Made by a program: the position numbers and the translations under genes. DNA of 64,000 bases from IMG/VR virus record IMGVR_UViG_3300029928_000198; one strand, 5' to 3'. This document shows, in pieces, positions 45,688 through 54,650 of this stretch. The stretch's first letter is position 1. Each line of letters begins with the position of its first letter. The stretch is from a virus. The notes below the pieces were generated by a model. The model was not told the DNA's origin. It saw nothing but the letters and a program-made list of their open reading frames with translations, and did no database searches.

Positions 45688-47610
45688 TCACAGCCAGCCG
45701 AACGGCTTCAGATCGCTCCAAGTGAAGGTTCCCAGTATCAGCGACGATACGGCTTGAGGGATGATTATTCCGATCAAGAGAACAATCACGCCAGCAGATA
45801 ACAAAATGGAGGCCCCAGTAATTCTTCCTAGGAGGATGAGGATTATTCCGGCCTCTATGAGGATGATGGCCCAGAGATAAGACGCATTGAATACCTTCGG
45901 CATTTGAGGGGGCGTCGGATCATCATCCTCGGTCCCATCGTGCATCTTTATCGTCTGACGAGTGATGTCAATCGATTGGACTTCTTTTCCATCGGAAATC
46001 ATTTTCTTCAGTTCCAAGGAATAGTTCGCATCCAGTGGATAGTGCTTAGCAGCTGCGGTCATGGAACCATCCCAATCAGAAAATGAATCCACAGAATCCC
46101 ATATCACAATCGATCCCTTTCCACTGACATTATTGGTACCGATTTCCAGATGCTGATCCGTCGTGTAAAGATAGGGCGTGAAGACAGCATTCTCTATCCA
46201 TAGATTTCCGTTCAGATACAGGTCTCCATAACATATCAGCCCCTGCCCCTCTTCGTTGTAATTAAACTGGATGTTCTCAAGATCAGATTGATTGTTGACA
46301 TAGTAGTCTTTGAGCTGAGCCATCATGTTGATTGTCTGATTCACCTTCTCCACTGTTGACAATGTCTGACCAATCTTATTCACAGGAAGAGCTGAAGGAT
46401 GAACGTATGGAGATGATTCCTCTACCTCATCGAATATATTCCATGTTGCTTTCCCAGTACTGTAGGTATTGTCAGCGATTCTGTTGAATGACTGAACCAT
46501 GTCATCCCAGAAATATGTCAGATTATGAGCTTCTGACAACAGAGCAATCTTTTTCGTCTGAGATCCAGCAGTAACCACTACATCCAGCGAATTGCTTGTC
46601 CATTCCTTACCATCTGATGATTCTATACGAACCGAAGAATTGGATTCCGAAGATACTATATAAAAATCAGAATCTTTTTTCAGGACTAGCACTCCGTTTA
46701 CATGCTCAGACGAATCGCCTATCACCGAAATGATGGGTCCAACGTATGATGCTCCTGCTGGTAATTTGTAAATGCCCTTGGGCAATGAGGAAACATTATT
46801 TTCACCCACATTCAAGGTAAAATTAGCACCAGTGTCCATATTTTGTATCGTCTTCGATGCAGAGGTATCGCAGAGATAGATGACTTTCGAAATGGAAGAG
46901 TAATTGTCTCCCTCATTGGAGGGGTCAATATACACTAGAACATCACGGGTTGCAGTAATCTTTTGAGCCAATGCAAAAGCCAACATATCTGTTGAACTTC
47001 CATTTGTTGCCGTGATTGTCTTTCCATTCCATTCGTACGACATCGACAATTTGTCCGCATAACTCAGGTCAGAATCCCAATAATTGGATTGCTCCAAAAC
47101 ATGGGACATTGCATAGCCTAGAGCATTTGCCCATGTTGTCAGATAATTGTTCTCTGCTGCAAGGAAACCTGTTCCAGCCAGCATCTCCTTACAGTATTCG
47201 TCATACTTGCCGATATTCTCCTTGGTCCACATATCGTAGACCTGATACTCCATAGCCTGATCCCAATAGTTCTGGGTGAAGAATATCATGTCCGCATCGG
47301 AAGGCATTACTGTACATGCCAAGTTCATGATGGAGTTGGTGGCTAGCTCAACCTTGCTTATCTCCGCTTCTGCTAAAGCCTGTTTCAAACTGTCAACCAT
47401 TACAGCACTATCATCATCCGACGGAGCATCTATCACATAATGCGTGAACAGCGCACCTATGGCAAAACCGAGAGCCAATCCGACGATGAAGCCTCCCATG
47501 GGGGTCACGCCTTCGGACTCGTCGTCCTCGTCCAGAACCACCACGGGCGCGAATGCCATGGCCAGCACCAGCATTGAGCAGGCGATGGCCGCAATCTGCG
47601 TCTTCCTCAT
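45688..47610 (-). CDS. Putative pleolipovirus VP4/VP5-like membrane-fusion spike (640 aa)
   Basis: Start MRKTQ at ATGA overlap; signal peptide, then Gly-rich hydrophobic GGFIVGLALGFAIGALF, helical region, beta-rich region, C-terminal TM. Confidence 0.6.
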   Translation of the reverse strand: MRKTQIAAIACSMLVLAMAFAPVVVLDEDDESEGVTPMGGFIVGLALGFAIGALFTHYVIDAPSDDDSAVMVDSLKQALAEAEISKVELATNSIMNLACTVMPSDADMIFFTQNYWDQAMEYQVYDMWTKENIGKYDEYCKEMLAGTGFLAAENNYLTTWANALGYAMSHVLEQSNYWDSDLSYADKLSMSYEWNGKTITATNGSSTDMLAFALAQKITATRDVLVYIDPSNEGDNYSSISKVIYLCDTSASKTIQNMDTGANFTLNVGENNVSSLPKGIYKLPAGASYVGPIISVIGDSSEHVNGVLVLKKDSDFYIVSSESNSSVRIESSDGKEWTSNSLDVVVTAGSQTKKIALLSEAHNLTYFWDDMVQSFNRIADNTYSTGKATWNIFDEVEESSPYVHPSALPVNKIGQTLSTVEKVNQTINMMAQLKDYYVNNQSDLENIQFNYNEEGQGLICYGDLYLNGNLWIENAVFTPYLYTTDQHLEIGTNNVSGKGSIVIWDSVDSFSDWDGSMTAAAKHYPLDANYSLELKKMISDGKEVQSIDITRQTIKMHDGTEDDDPTPPQMPKVFNASYLWAIILIEAGIILILLGRITGASILLSAGVIVLLIGIIIPQAVSSLILGTFTWSDLKPFGWL

Positions 47611-50600
47611 AGCACGTACCTCCTTATCAGGATAAGAGCGGCGATTCCGATGAGCAGCGCGCACGCCGCGTACCTTATGACATCGTTGGAATCCTCGGAT
47701 TCCTCCGGAACCCATACCGCGTACAGATCGAGCTTGCCCTCGGGCGAAACCTCGTCGCCGGCCTTGTAGGTGGTTCCCTTGAGGTCGGGGGACGTGTTCC
47801 AATACTTGCAGGTCATGCCCTCCCTGACGAACTTGCACTCTTGGATGGTGTACTTCTTGGAACCCGTCTGGGCATCCATCGTCCCCTGACCGCCGTTGGC
47901 GTGATAGACGATGGAGGGTCCTTCGGACGAGGACAGATCGACGTTCACGGTGAACTCCCTCTGAGAAGGAGTCCCGTCGGTGGAGGTCCATGTCCAGACC
48001 ATCGAAACCGAATACTTGCCCTTCGAGGAGTACTCGTGAGTGAACTCGGCCGATGCGGCGTCCCTGCTGAGGTTGCTGCCGTCGCCCCAATCTACCATCA
48101 GGCGCATGGACGACTTGTTGGGTACGATGTCCGTAAGCGTGACCACAAGCCCGTTCGCCTTGTATTTGGCGGATGCCTCGATCTTCACGTCGTCCGGGTC
48201 TGACTGGGCGTAGACGGTGGCCTTCCACGTCTCCACGGGGGTGGAGCCGTTGCTAAGGAGGAACGTGACCTCCTTCCCGACGAGTCCGATCTCGTTGCAG
48301 GTTCCGGTGACGACGTAGATGTACGTCTTGTCGTCCGTAAGGGTGCTCTTGTTCAGCTTGAAGCAGTCCAGAGTCCTTCCGTCGCATGTCGCCTTCAGCG
48401 TCAGGTTGCTGTATAAGGATTTGATGGCCTTGGACTGATACATGGAGCCGATGTTGATGATGTCCGAGGCATCGACCGAGGGTTCGTCCAGAGTCTCCAG
48501 AATCACGAATGCCTCGGCGGTTCCGACATTGTTCTTGGCCGTGCACTTGACGGTGTATGCGCCGATGACCTTGAAGGTGTGAACCACCTCCACTTTGGTT
48601 GTCGGCTCCGTCTCCCCGTCTCCGAAATCCCATATCAGGGTATCGTAGTTCGCTACTCCGAAGGCGGAGAAGTAGTAGGTGTTGGGTTCGGCGGGGTTGT
48701 CGTCGGATGCCCCCGCATATCTGGTCGCCTTGATGGAAGAGATGGTGGGCTTCTCCTTGTACTCCCCGGGTGGTTCTGCGCGGAGCGTTATTGTCTTGAT
48801 TGCAGAGGATGTAATGGTTGAATCGACAACCAGATCTATCGTGTATATCCCCTCCTCCTTGCAGACTATGTAGAATCCCTTGTTGCCCGACTTTCCGGCA
48901 TCGTACTGGTTCGGCTTGGCGGTCTCATTGTTGAACTTGACCGTGTAGGACACGATGTACGCATCGTTGGGCCTCAGAGTGAGATTGACAGTCCACTTCT
49001 CGCCGATGATGGCTTTCGCATCTATGGGTTCAAGCACCACCGTGGACATCTCGATGATGAAATCCTGCGTTGCGGAATTGTAGCCGTTCTTCGTGACCTT
49101 TATCTGGACAGTGTAGGTCGCCGGGATCAGGTCTTTCAATGTTCCATTGATATTGTTCCCGATTCCACGGAGGCATTCCGTCGGGTCTTTGACTATCTCG
49201 ACCTTGAAGTCGGTAATATTCTCAAGAGTGATCGAATCCCTGACATACGGCGTGTAGTTTATCGTCAGACCGTTCACAGCAGCGCGCCACGTGTATTCTG
49301 GATCCAACACCAGCGACGGAACGTCCCAATGCGCGTAGAGCGTGATGTCTCCGCTGGGGGCGTATTCGGCTCCTGCGCTGCCGATGAAGTTTCCGCCTTC
49401 CTTGGCGTCGTACCATCCGGAGAACTTGGAGCTGTCCTTGATTGCAACAGGCAAACGGATGGTGCCAGTGGTAGTCTCCGTCTTGGTGCTCTGACCGTCT
49501 ACCGAACCTCCGTTGGCGTCGAAGGTGATAGTGGATTCCCTGACGAGGGTGAGGGTTCCGCTATCTGTACCATATGCGCCATAACTGTCCACCCACTGCA
49601 ATTCCGTTTCTCCCGCCTTGGGAATCAGAACGTAGTTGTGGTCGGTGGTCTTGCCGGCAATCGTACCAACACCATCGGGCATGTTTACCAGATAGGTTTC
49701 TATGTTCGGGTTGCCAGTGATGAAGCGACCTTTCAGAATCAACAGATTCACGTCAGAGTCCAGACTCAATGACTCGTTTCCATTGATGTGATCCTTCAGC
49801 TCTATTGTTTTGACGTTGATGTCGGCATCGGATACCGAGATGGTTTTGGATGCAGACACGTTGGAGCCGTCCTTGGATTTGGCGGTGATTTCTATATCTC
49901 CTTCCGATACACCGATGATTACAAGATCCCCGTTCCCATCGACATAATATCCGCCATGACCTTGGCTGGAGATGGTCCAAGAAACTTCTTTGAAAGCAGC
50001 ATCTGATGGCGTCACATCCGCATGAACAGTAATCGTGGAACCCATCTTCACGGAATCTTCGCTGCGTATCGATATGCTTGATGCGAATTTTCCGCCATCC
50101 GTGCAAATCAGAGTGCCTGTCTTCTCGGTAACAACCTTTGTTGATTTGTTGTTGTACTGGATCTTAGCCGTTACCACTCCGGCCTTGTTCAGTTTCCCCG
50201 AGATGCTTCCATCATCGGTAATCGAAAGGCCGAAGCCTTCGGTGACGGATAGAGCGGTAATTTCCACACTGAGCATCGATGTGCTTTCAAAATTCACTTG
50301 AGAACCAGGTTTCACAAAAAATGTCTGATATGCCAAATTGCTTAATTGGGCATCTACGCTTGAAACAGGGTCTTCAATCGTACCGTAATTCACCTTCCCA
50401 TAGATCGGAAGATCGGATCCATAAATCGTCGTAGAGACCAGATTTACTGTCTTACCATCCAGAGTTATCGTGGAATTCGAGTGCAGATTGCCGTATATCG
50501 ACGAATCCTCGGGACTGACGGCGAAATCCGTTCCGCCAGCGAAGGCGATGCCGTTCATCGACTTCCCCTCGAACGTTATCAGGACCTCCCCGCCAGCCAC

Positions 50601-50813
50601 GACGTAGTAGTCCGCCCCGTCCGTCAGCTCGGACCAGTCGGCGTACAGGCCCCCGTAGGGTTCCGTACCCGATCCGTACGACGCGGCGTCGGAGTCGCAG
50701 TCCCCCGAGCCGACCAGAAGGAACGCAGATGCCAGCACGAAGGCGAACAGAGCCATCGCCGGGATCGCGACCCTCGGATGCGGATCGGAAGGACGTTTTC
50801 TTTCTCTTTCCAT
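47607..50813 (-). CDS. Surface adhesin: shared N-domain, Ig group-2 domain, B-repeats, PKD domains, TM anchor
   Basis: Start moved to MERERK; WDFGDG, VDWGDG, ITFDANGG..GWY; C-terminal TM. Confidence 0.9.
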   Translation of the reverse strand: MERERKRPSDPHPRVAIPAMALFAFVLASAFLLVGSGDCDSDAASYGSGTEPYGGLYADWSELTDGADYYVVAGGEVLITFEGKSMNGIAFAGGTDFAVSPEDSSIYGNLHSNSTITLDGKTVNLVSTTIYGSDLPIYGKVNYGTIEDPVSSVDAQLSNLAYQTFFVKPGSQVNFESTSMLSVEITALSVTEGFGLSITDDGSISGKLNKAGVVTAKIQYNNKSTKVVTEKTGTLICTDGGKFASSISIRSEDSVKMGSTITVHADVTPSDAAFKEVSWTISSQGHGGYYVDGNGDLVIIGVSEGDIEITAKSKDGSNVSASKTISVSDADINVKTIELKDHINGNESLSLDSDVNLLILKGRFITGNPNIETYLVNMPDGVGTIAGKTTDHNYVLIPKAGETELQWVDSYGAYGTDSGTLTLVRESTITFDANGGSVDGQSTKTETTTGTIRLPVAIKDSSKFSGWYDAKEGGNFIGSAGAEYAPSGDITLYAHWDVPSLVLDPEYTWRAAVNGLTINYTPYVRDSITLENITDFKVEIVKDPTECLRGIGNNINGTLKDLIPATYTVQIKVTKNGYNSATQDFIIEMSTVVLEPIDAKAIIGEKWTVNLTLRPNDAYIVSYTVKFNNETAKPNQYDAGKSGNKGFYIVCKEEGIYTIDLVVDSTITSSAIKTITLRAEPPGEYKEKPTISSIKATRYAGASDDNPAEPNTYYFSAFGVANYDTLIWDFGDGETEPTTKVEVVHTFKVIGAYTVKCTAKNNVGTAEAFVILETLDEPSVDASDIINIGSMYQSKAIKSLYSNLTLKATCDGRTLDCFKLNKSTLTDDKTYIYVVTGTCNEIGLVGKEVTFLLSNGSTPVETWKATVYAQSDPDDVKIEASAKYKANGLVVTLTDIVPNKSSMRLMVDWGDGSNLSRDAASAEFTHEYSSKGKYSVSMVWTWTSTDGTPSQREFTVNVDLSSSEGPSIVYHANGGQGTMDAQTGSKKYTIQECKFVREGMTCKYWNTSPDLKGTTYKAGDEVSPEGKLDLYAVWVPEESEDSNDVIRYAACALLIGIAALILIRRYVL

Positions 50814-50980
50814 TTTCTTTCCTCCGAATCGGGGCGGCGGAGCCTGATTCGGAGATTCGATTGGACTCCGCACCCCGTTCATCCGCCGATGATAGGTGGG
50901 CGGACGGTCGGGTAAATCGCATCAGGAACGACTTAATGGGGTCAAAATCTTGGAATCCGCCTGATATTCGGAAGAGGAAC

Positions 50981-51005
50981 ACAAGGAATCGAAATCCTTT
51001 AAATA
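50981..51005. promoter_or_regulatory. Conserved ACAAGGAA-BRE-TATA motif copy
   Basis: ACAAGGAATCGAAATCCTTTAAATA, upstream of the Panacea-like gene. Confidence 0.65.
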
Positions 51006-51058
51006 ATCCAAGACCGCCGATGCGACTGGTATTTGATGCGACAGCCGTTCGTGCGGCC

Positions 51059-51592
51059 ATGGGGAAGCTGAAGGCTCTGGATGCCGCCGACTTCATCGCG
51101 GAAGCTTGCATCCTTTCGGGGAAATCCGCCACACATCGGAGATTGCAGAACCTTCTATACCGCGCGTGGATCGGATACTATGAGGAGCATGGCGGAAGCC
51201 TGTTCGAGGAGGAGTTCCGCGCGGAAGCTACAGGCCCCCGTCTGGAAAGCGTCCGCAGAAGGTACGCGGCATTCGCCGGCGTGGAGGTCTTCTTCGTCCG
51301 GAAGCGCGAAGACCGCAAGCTCCCCGGCCGTGTGGAAGCGGCGTTCCTGAAGGATCTGGTCGATTCGCTGAAGGACACGTCCACATGTGAGCTTCATAGG
51401 ATGAACACGTCTTGCGGCGGGGCTTGGTCGCGCATATACGGAAGGGACGGCTCCGGGAACGGCGATTCCATCCCGTACGCGGAGGTCGTCCTGACGGAGT
51501 GCGTGCGGCTCCGACGATTGGGCGGACGGTCGGGAACCTATTATATCGCTGAGACAAATCATAAGAGTCGATGTCAGCAGCGGAAAGCATAA
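51059..51592 (+). CDS. Panacea/SocA (DUF4065) antitoxin-like protein
   Basis: RLQNLLYRAW.GY....G.SLFEEEFRA...GP..ESV...Y...ELHRM..S....W. Confidence 0.75.
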   Translation: MGKLKALDAADFIAEACILSGKSATHRRLQNLLYRAWIGYYEEHGGSLFEEEFRAEATGPRLESVRRRYAAFAGVEVFFVRKREDRKLPGRVEAAFLKDLVDSLKDTSTCELHRMNTSCGGAWSRIYGRDGSGNGDSIPYAEVVLTECVRLRRLGGRSGTYYIAETNHKSRCQQRKA

Positions 51593-51894
51593 GAGGCTAC
51601 TGCGTCGAATGGTTCTCCGAAGCCCACGGCATCACCACCGAAGAGACCGAGGAACTTTTCGCCAGATGCGATCTCAACGACTATATCAGACGGGACTTCC
51701 TCGTATTCGGCCACAAGGGAAGGAACACAAGCATCAGGGTTTGCAGGAACCATCTCAAGCGCAACGGCATAGACGTTCCCGATCTGATCGAGGATGTTTC
51801 GGACCCCGTTTACGAAAGGCTGAAGAAGGTCGCATCCGGATTCCGATCGGACCCTCTTCTTCCTTCCTGCATATTTTCCCGATCATCTGCCTGA
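51571..51894 (+). CDS. DUF3791-like protein
   Basis: CVEWFSEAHGITTEETEELF..CDL.DYI...F.VFGH.G. Confidence 0.6.
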   Translation: MSAAESIRGYCVEWFSEAHGITTEETEELFARCDLNDYIRRDFLVFGHKGRNTSIRVCRNHLKRNGIDVPDLIEDVSDPVYERLKKVASGFRSDPLLPSCIFSRSSA

Positions 51895-51966
51895 AAAAGG
51901 CCTGCGGACTGTTATAATTAGAGCGATTGCGATTACATCCCTAGCCTCAGGCTAGGAGAACGAACG

Positions 51967-52341
51967 ATGACGAACACCACCGCATCTTACGGAAGATCGG
52001 CCAGCAACGCCGAGCTGAAAGCGAAGAAGGTCGGTCTTTCTTGGATGATAGCCCGCTTCGTGGAGGATTACGACCCATACGGATTCATCAACGAGGTTGT
52101 GGACTGCGACATAGATGGGGATGAGCGCGAAGAGGTGGAGCAGGGCATCGCCAAGTACGCGGCGGAAATGCTCCAGCTGATGAACCGGCGCGAATACGAC
52201 TATCTCGAAGAGATCCTGCACGAGTTCGACGATGAAGACAACGATCCCAGAACAGCGGATAATCTCAGGCATATACTTGCCGAACTCGAAGAGATCAGGA
52301 TGCTGGACGAAGAGGGTAGAACCCTTTATGCCGACCCCTGA
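51967..52341 (+). CDS. Acidic helical protein with F..DYDPY motif
   Basis: IARFVEDYDPYGF; resembles helical domains of conjugative-element polyvalent proteins (from memory). Confidence 0.65.
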   Translation: MTNTTASYGRSASNAELKAKKVGLSWMIARFVEDYDPYGFINEVVDCDIDGDEREEVEQGIAKYAAEMLQLMNRREYDYLEEILHEFDDEDNDPRTADNLRHILAELEEIRMLDEEGRTLYADP

Positions 52342-52549
52342 TACCGTAAAGAGCGATTGCATCGCATTCTTCTCGGATGCCTATGCCGTACCCCGTAACG
52401 AGATGAAAGGACTATTCGACAGGACGGGGCTTTCATCCCTCATAGAAAGCTGCTATCTCGTCGTGATAAGGTATTCGCGCAAGGAATACGACGGAAGAGA
52501 ATCGAACTACATTTCTGTACAGACCGCGTGCGGACATAGGGATTGTTGA
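52328..52549 (+). CDS. Degenerate DUF3791-like protein
   Basis: CIAFFSDAYAVP..E...LFDRTGLSSLIESCY. Confidence 0.45.
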   Translation: MPTPDTVKSDCIAFFSDAYAVPRNEMKGLFDRTGLSSLIESCYLVVIRYSRKEYDGRESNYISVQTACGHRDC

Positions 52550-53246
52550 AATATCCGCATGCGGTCCCCGTCTTGCCGGACCTCGAAAGCATCCCCGACG
52601 GGTCTTTCTTGTCATGGGGTCTGGCTCGCCTGCGCCTTCTTATGACGACCTCGACGTCGTCGCCCACGGACAATCCCAGCCTGTCGCAAATCTGGCTTAT
52701 CCTGAGGACCGCGCTGTTCCCCGACTTGGCTATCCTCAGCGTTCCCGACCATGCGCCCTCGTTGAACATCTCGGGGTCGGAGACCCATAGGCATGACTCC
52801 CACTCGTGGGAAACGGGGAAGTCGTCCCTTATCTCGCACGCCATGACCGTGCATGCGGAACGCTCGTCGTCGGCCATGGAATCCCAGATGCGCATCGCTT
52901 CCTCCACCGCGCCGTCGGGATCGTCCGTGTAGCCCGTCGGGGGCATCAGCTCCGATTCGGCGGAGAAGACGGCCACGGCGTACCTGCGGATGCGCCACTC
53001 GGAGTCCGAAGGTACGGCGCAATCCGGGCGGACGGGAACCGGCCATAGGCCCTCGGGGGAATCCGTTGGACATATCCCCGCATCGAGGGACCTCTTGATC
53101 TCCGCGATCCTCTTGGTATCGTCAACGGGTACGGTCTGGACCGAATGCCCTCCGTCGTCGGAGAACATTATCCGGAAAACCCTCATGCGGGGCATCCAGA
53201 GGACCTTCAGGCCGTCGAAGGTCCACTGCATCCTTCTGGAGGACAT
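52440..53246 (-). CDS. Protein with C-terminal AbrB-like domain
   Basis: LRIAKSGNSAVLRISQICDRLGLSVGDDVEVVI. Confidence 0.65.
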   Translation of the reverse strand: MSSRRMQWTFDGLKVLWMPRMRVFRIMFSDDGGHSVQTVPVDDTKRIAEIKRSLDAGICPTDSPEGLWPVPVRPDCAVPSDSEWRIRRYAVAVFSAESELMPPTGYTDDPDGAVEEAMRIWDSMADDERSACTVMACEIRDDFPVSHEWESCLWVSDPEMFNEGAWSGTLRIAKSGNSAVLRISQICDRLGLSVGDDVEVVIRRRRRARPHDKKDPSGMLSRSGKTGTACGYFNNPYVRTRSVQKCSSILFRRIPCANTLSRRDSSFL

Positions 53247-53262
53247 CGTCGCTCCTTGCGCC

Positions 53263-53556
53263 CTACAGGCGCGAATCCGTGGCGATAAGGGTCCGCATCG
53301 GGAACGGGCATCGGAGGTACAGCTCCTTCATGCATTCCAGCATCTCCTTCTCCTCGCGGTTCACCTTCGCCCAGTCGATCGGCTCGAATCTGGGGCATTG
53401 CCCCGCGTTCATCAGATCGATCTCGTCATCGGACATCGATTCCCATTCGGGACAGTCGAAATCGTCTATTCCCCCGTACCCCGAATCGACCTTGACCGTT
53501 CCGACGCATACCTTCGCGCAGTTCTCGCAGCACCTGTCCCCAATCATCCTTGCCAT
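53263..53556 (-). CDS. Cys-rich hypothetical protein
   Basis: CCENC...DCPEW...CPRF...CPF. Confidence 0.65.
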   Translation of the reverse strand: MARMIGDRCCENCAKVCVGTVKVDSGYGGIDDFDCPEWESMSDDEIDLMNAGQCPRFEPIDWAKVNREEKEMLECMKELYLRCPFPMRTLIATDSRL

Positions 53557-53807
53557 CGGTCCTCACCCAGCTTGAAAATGTCGTCTACATCTTCGTAGAC
53601 ATTCACGAAATCGTTTCCGTGACAGCGGCCGCATCCCGAGCGCATGGCCGCGTCAATCGAACCCTCCTCGGGATACGTTGCTCCGCATCCGGTGCATACG
53701 ATGCCGCGGAACCTGCAAAGCCTCGATACGCTGCGGGCGGTCACGACCTCGTAGAGCCTTCCCTCGCGCATCACCGCGTATCTGCGCGGTTCGGTCGCCT
53801 TCATCAT
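53544..53807 (-). CDS. Zn-ribbon hypothetical protein
   Basis: Start MMKATE; CTGC..CGRC. Confidence 0.6.
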   Translation of the reverse strand: MMKATEPRRYAVMREGRLYEVVTARSVSRLCRFRGIVCTGCGATYPEEGSIDAAMRSGCGRCHGNDFVNVYEDVDDIFKLGEDRWQG

Positions 53808-54481
53808 CGGGCCTCCGTCGCGATCTCCTGAAGGACGGCGGATTCCGCCATTTCGGAGAAGACGGCCTTCAGCACCCATCCCTCCATCAGGGCATCGTCC
53901 AACGCCCTGTGCTTCTGTCCGCCGCGAAGCCCCATGGGGTCTTCGGGACAGAGCGCATCATAGGCGTCCTGACATCTCACCCATCTCCCGGGATCGGCAA
54001 GCTGCTGGGCCATGAGCCTTTCCTGTAGGCCCTTATCCGCTATGGAGCCTGACCTAGCCATCCTCATGGCCTTCTCGGTGGCCAGATCGATGATGTCGTA
54101 GGCGGACGCGGTTATCCAGCGGAGGCCCCAAGGCTCGTGGTAGAGGAATCTTCCGAAGTCGAATCCCGTGTTGTATGCGGTCACGGCCCTTCCGCGAACG
54201 ATGCTTCTGACCTCCTCGGCGACGGCTTCCAAGTCCTTCTCCGCGTTCAGGGTGTCCTCAACGGTCATATCGGTGTTCCGGTAGACCCATAGCCCCTTCG
54301 AGCCGTCGGGATTGAGGTACTTCGAATCGAACTCCGTGATGTCGTCGTAGCGGATGAGTTCGGAGTAGATCGGGGAAATCCTCCCCGACAGCTCGTCGAA
54401 CTCGGCTATCCCGACCTCCAGAACCCTGTCCATGGGGTATCCCTGCAAGCCGGACGTTTCCGTGTCGATTATCAGCACCAT
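53804..54481 (-). CDS. DEDDh 3'-5' exonuclease (DnaQ/epsilon-like)
   Basis: IIDTETSG, AYNTGFD, HRALDDA; AGGAGG RBS. Confidence 0.88.
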   Translation of the reverse strand: MVLIIDTETSGLQGYPMDRVLEVGIAEFDELSGRISPIYSELIRYDDITEFDSKYLNPDGSKGLWVYRNTDMTVEDTLNAEKDLEAVAEEVRSIVRGRAVTAYNTGFDFGRFLYHEPWGLRWITASAYDIIDLATEKAMRMARSGSIADKGLQERLMAQQLADPGRWVRCQDAYDALCPEDPMGLRGGQKHRALDDALMEGWVLKAVFSEMAESAVLQEIATEAR

Positions 54482-54650
54482 GCAGTTCTCCTCCTTCCGC
54501 CTCATAGGTTGTATGCCCATGATATGTGAATGAATGTATTCCATTTATAACTAGTTATCGGCTCATTTAATATAATACTAAAATTCGGCATCCATCGATA
54601 CGGAAGACCGAAAACGCCGGGATCGATGATGGGAAGGAATGGGAACGGGC

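Noticed and set aside
45688-47610. Spike as a fusexin (HAP2/Fsx1)
   Set aside because: The N-terminal fusion-peptide-like segment followed by a helical region does not fit the beta-rich class II fusexin layout.
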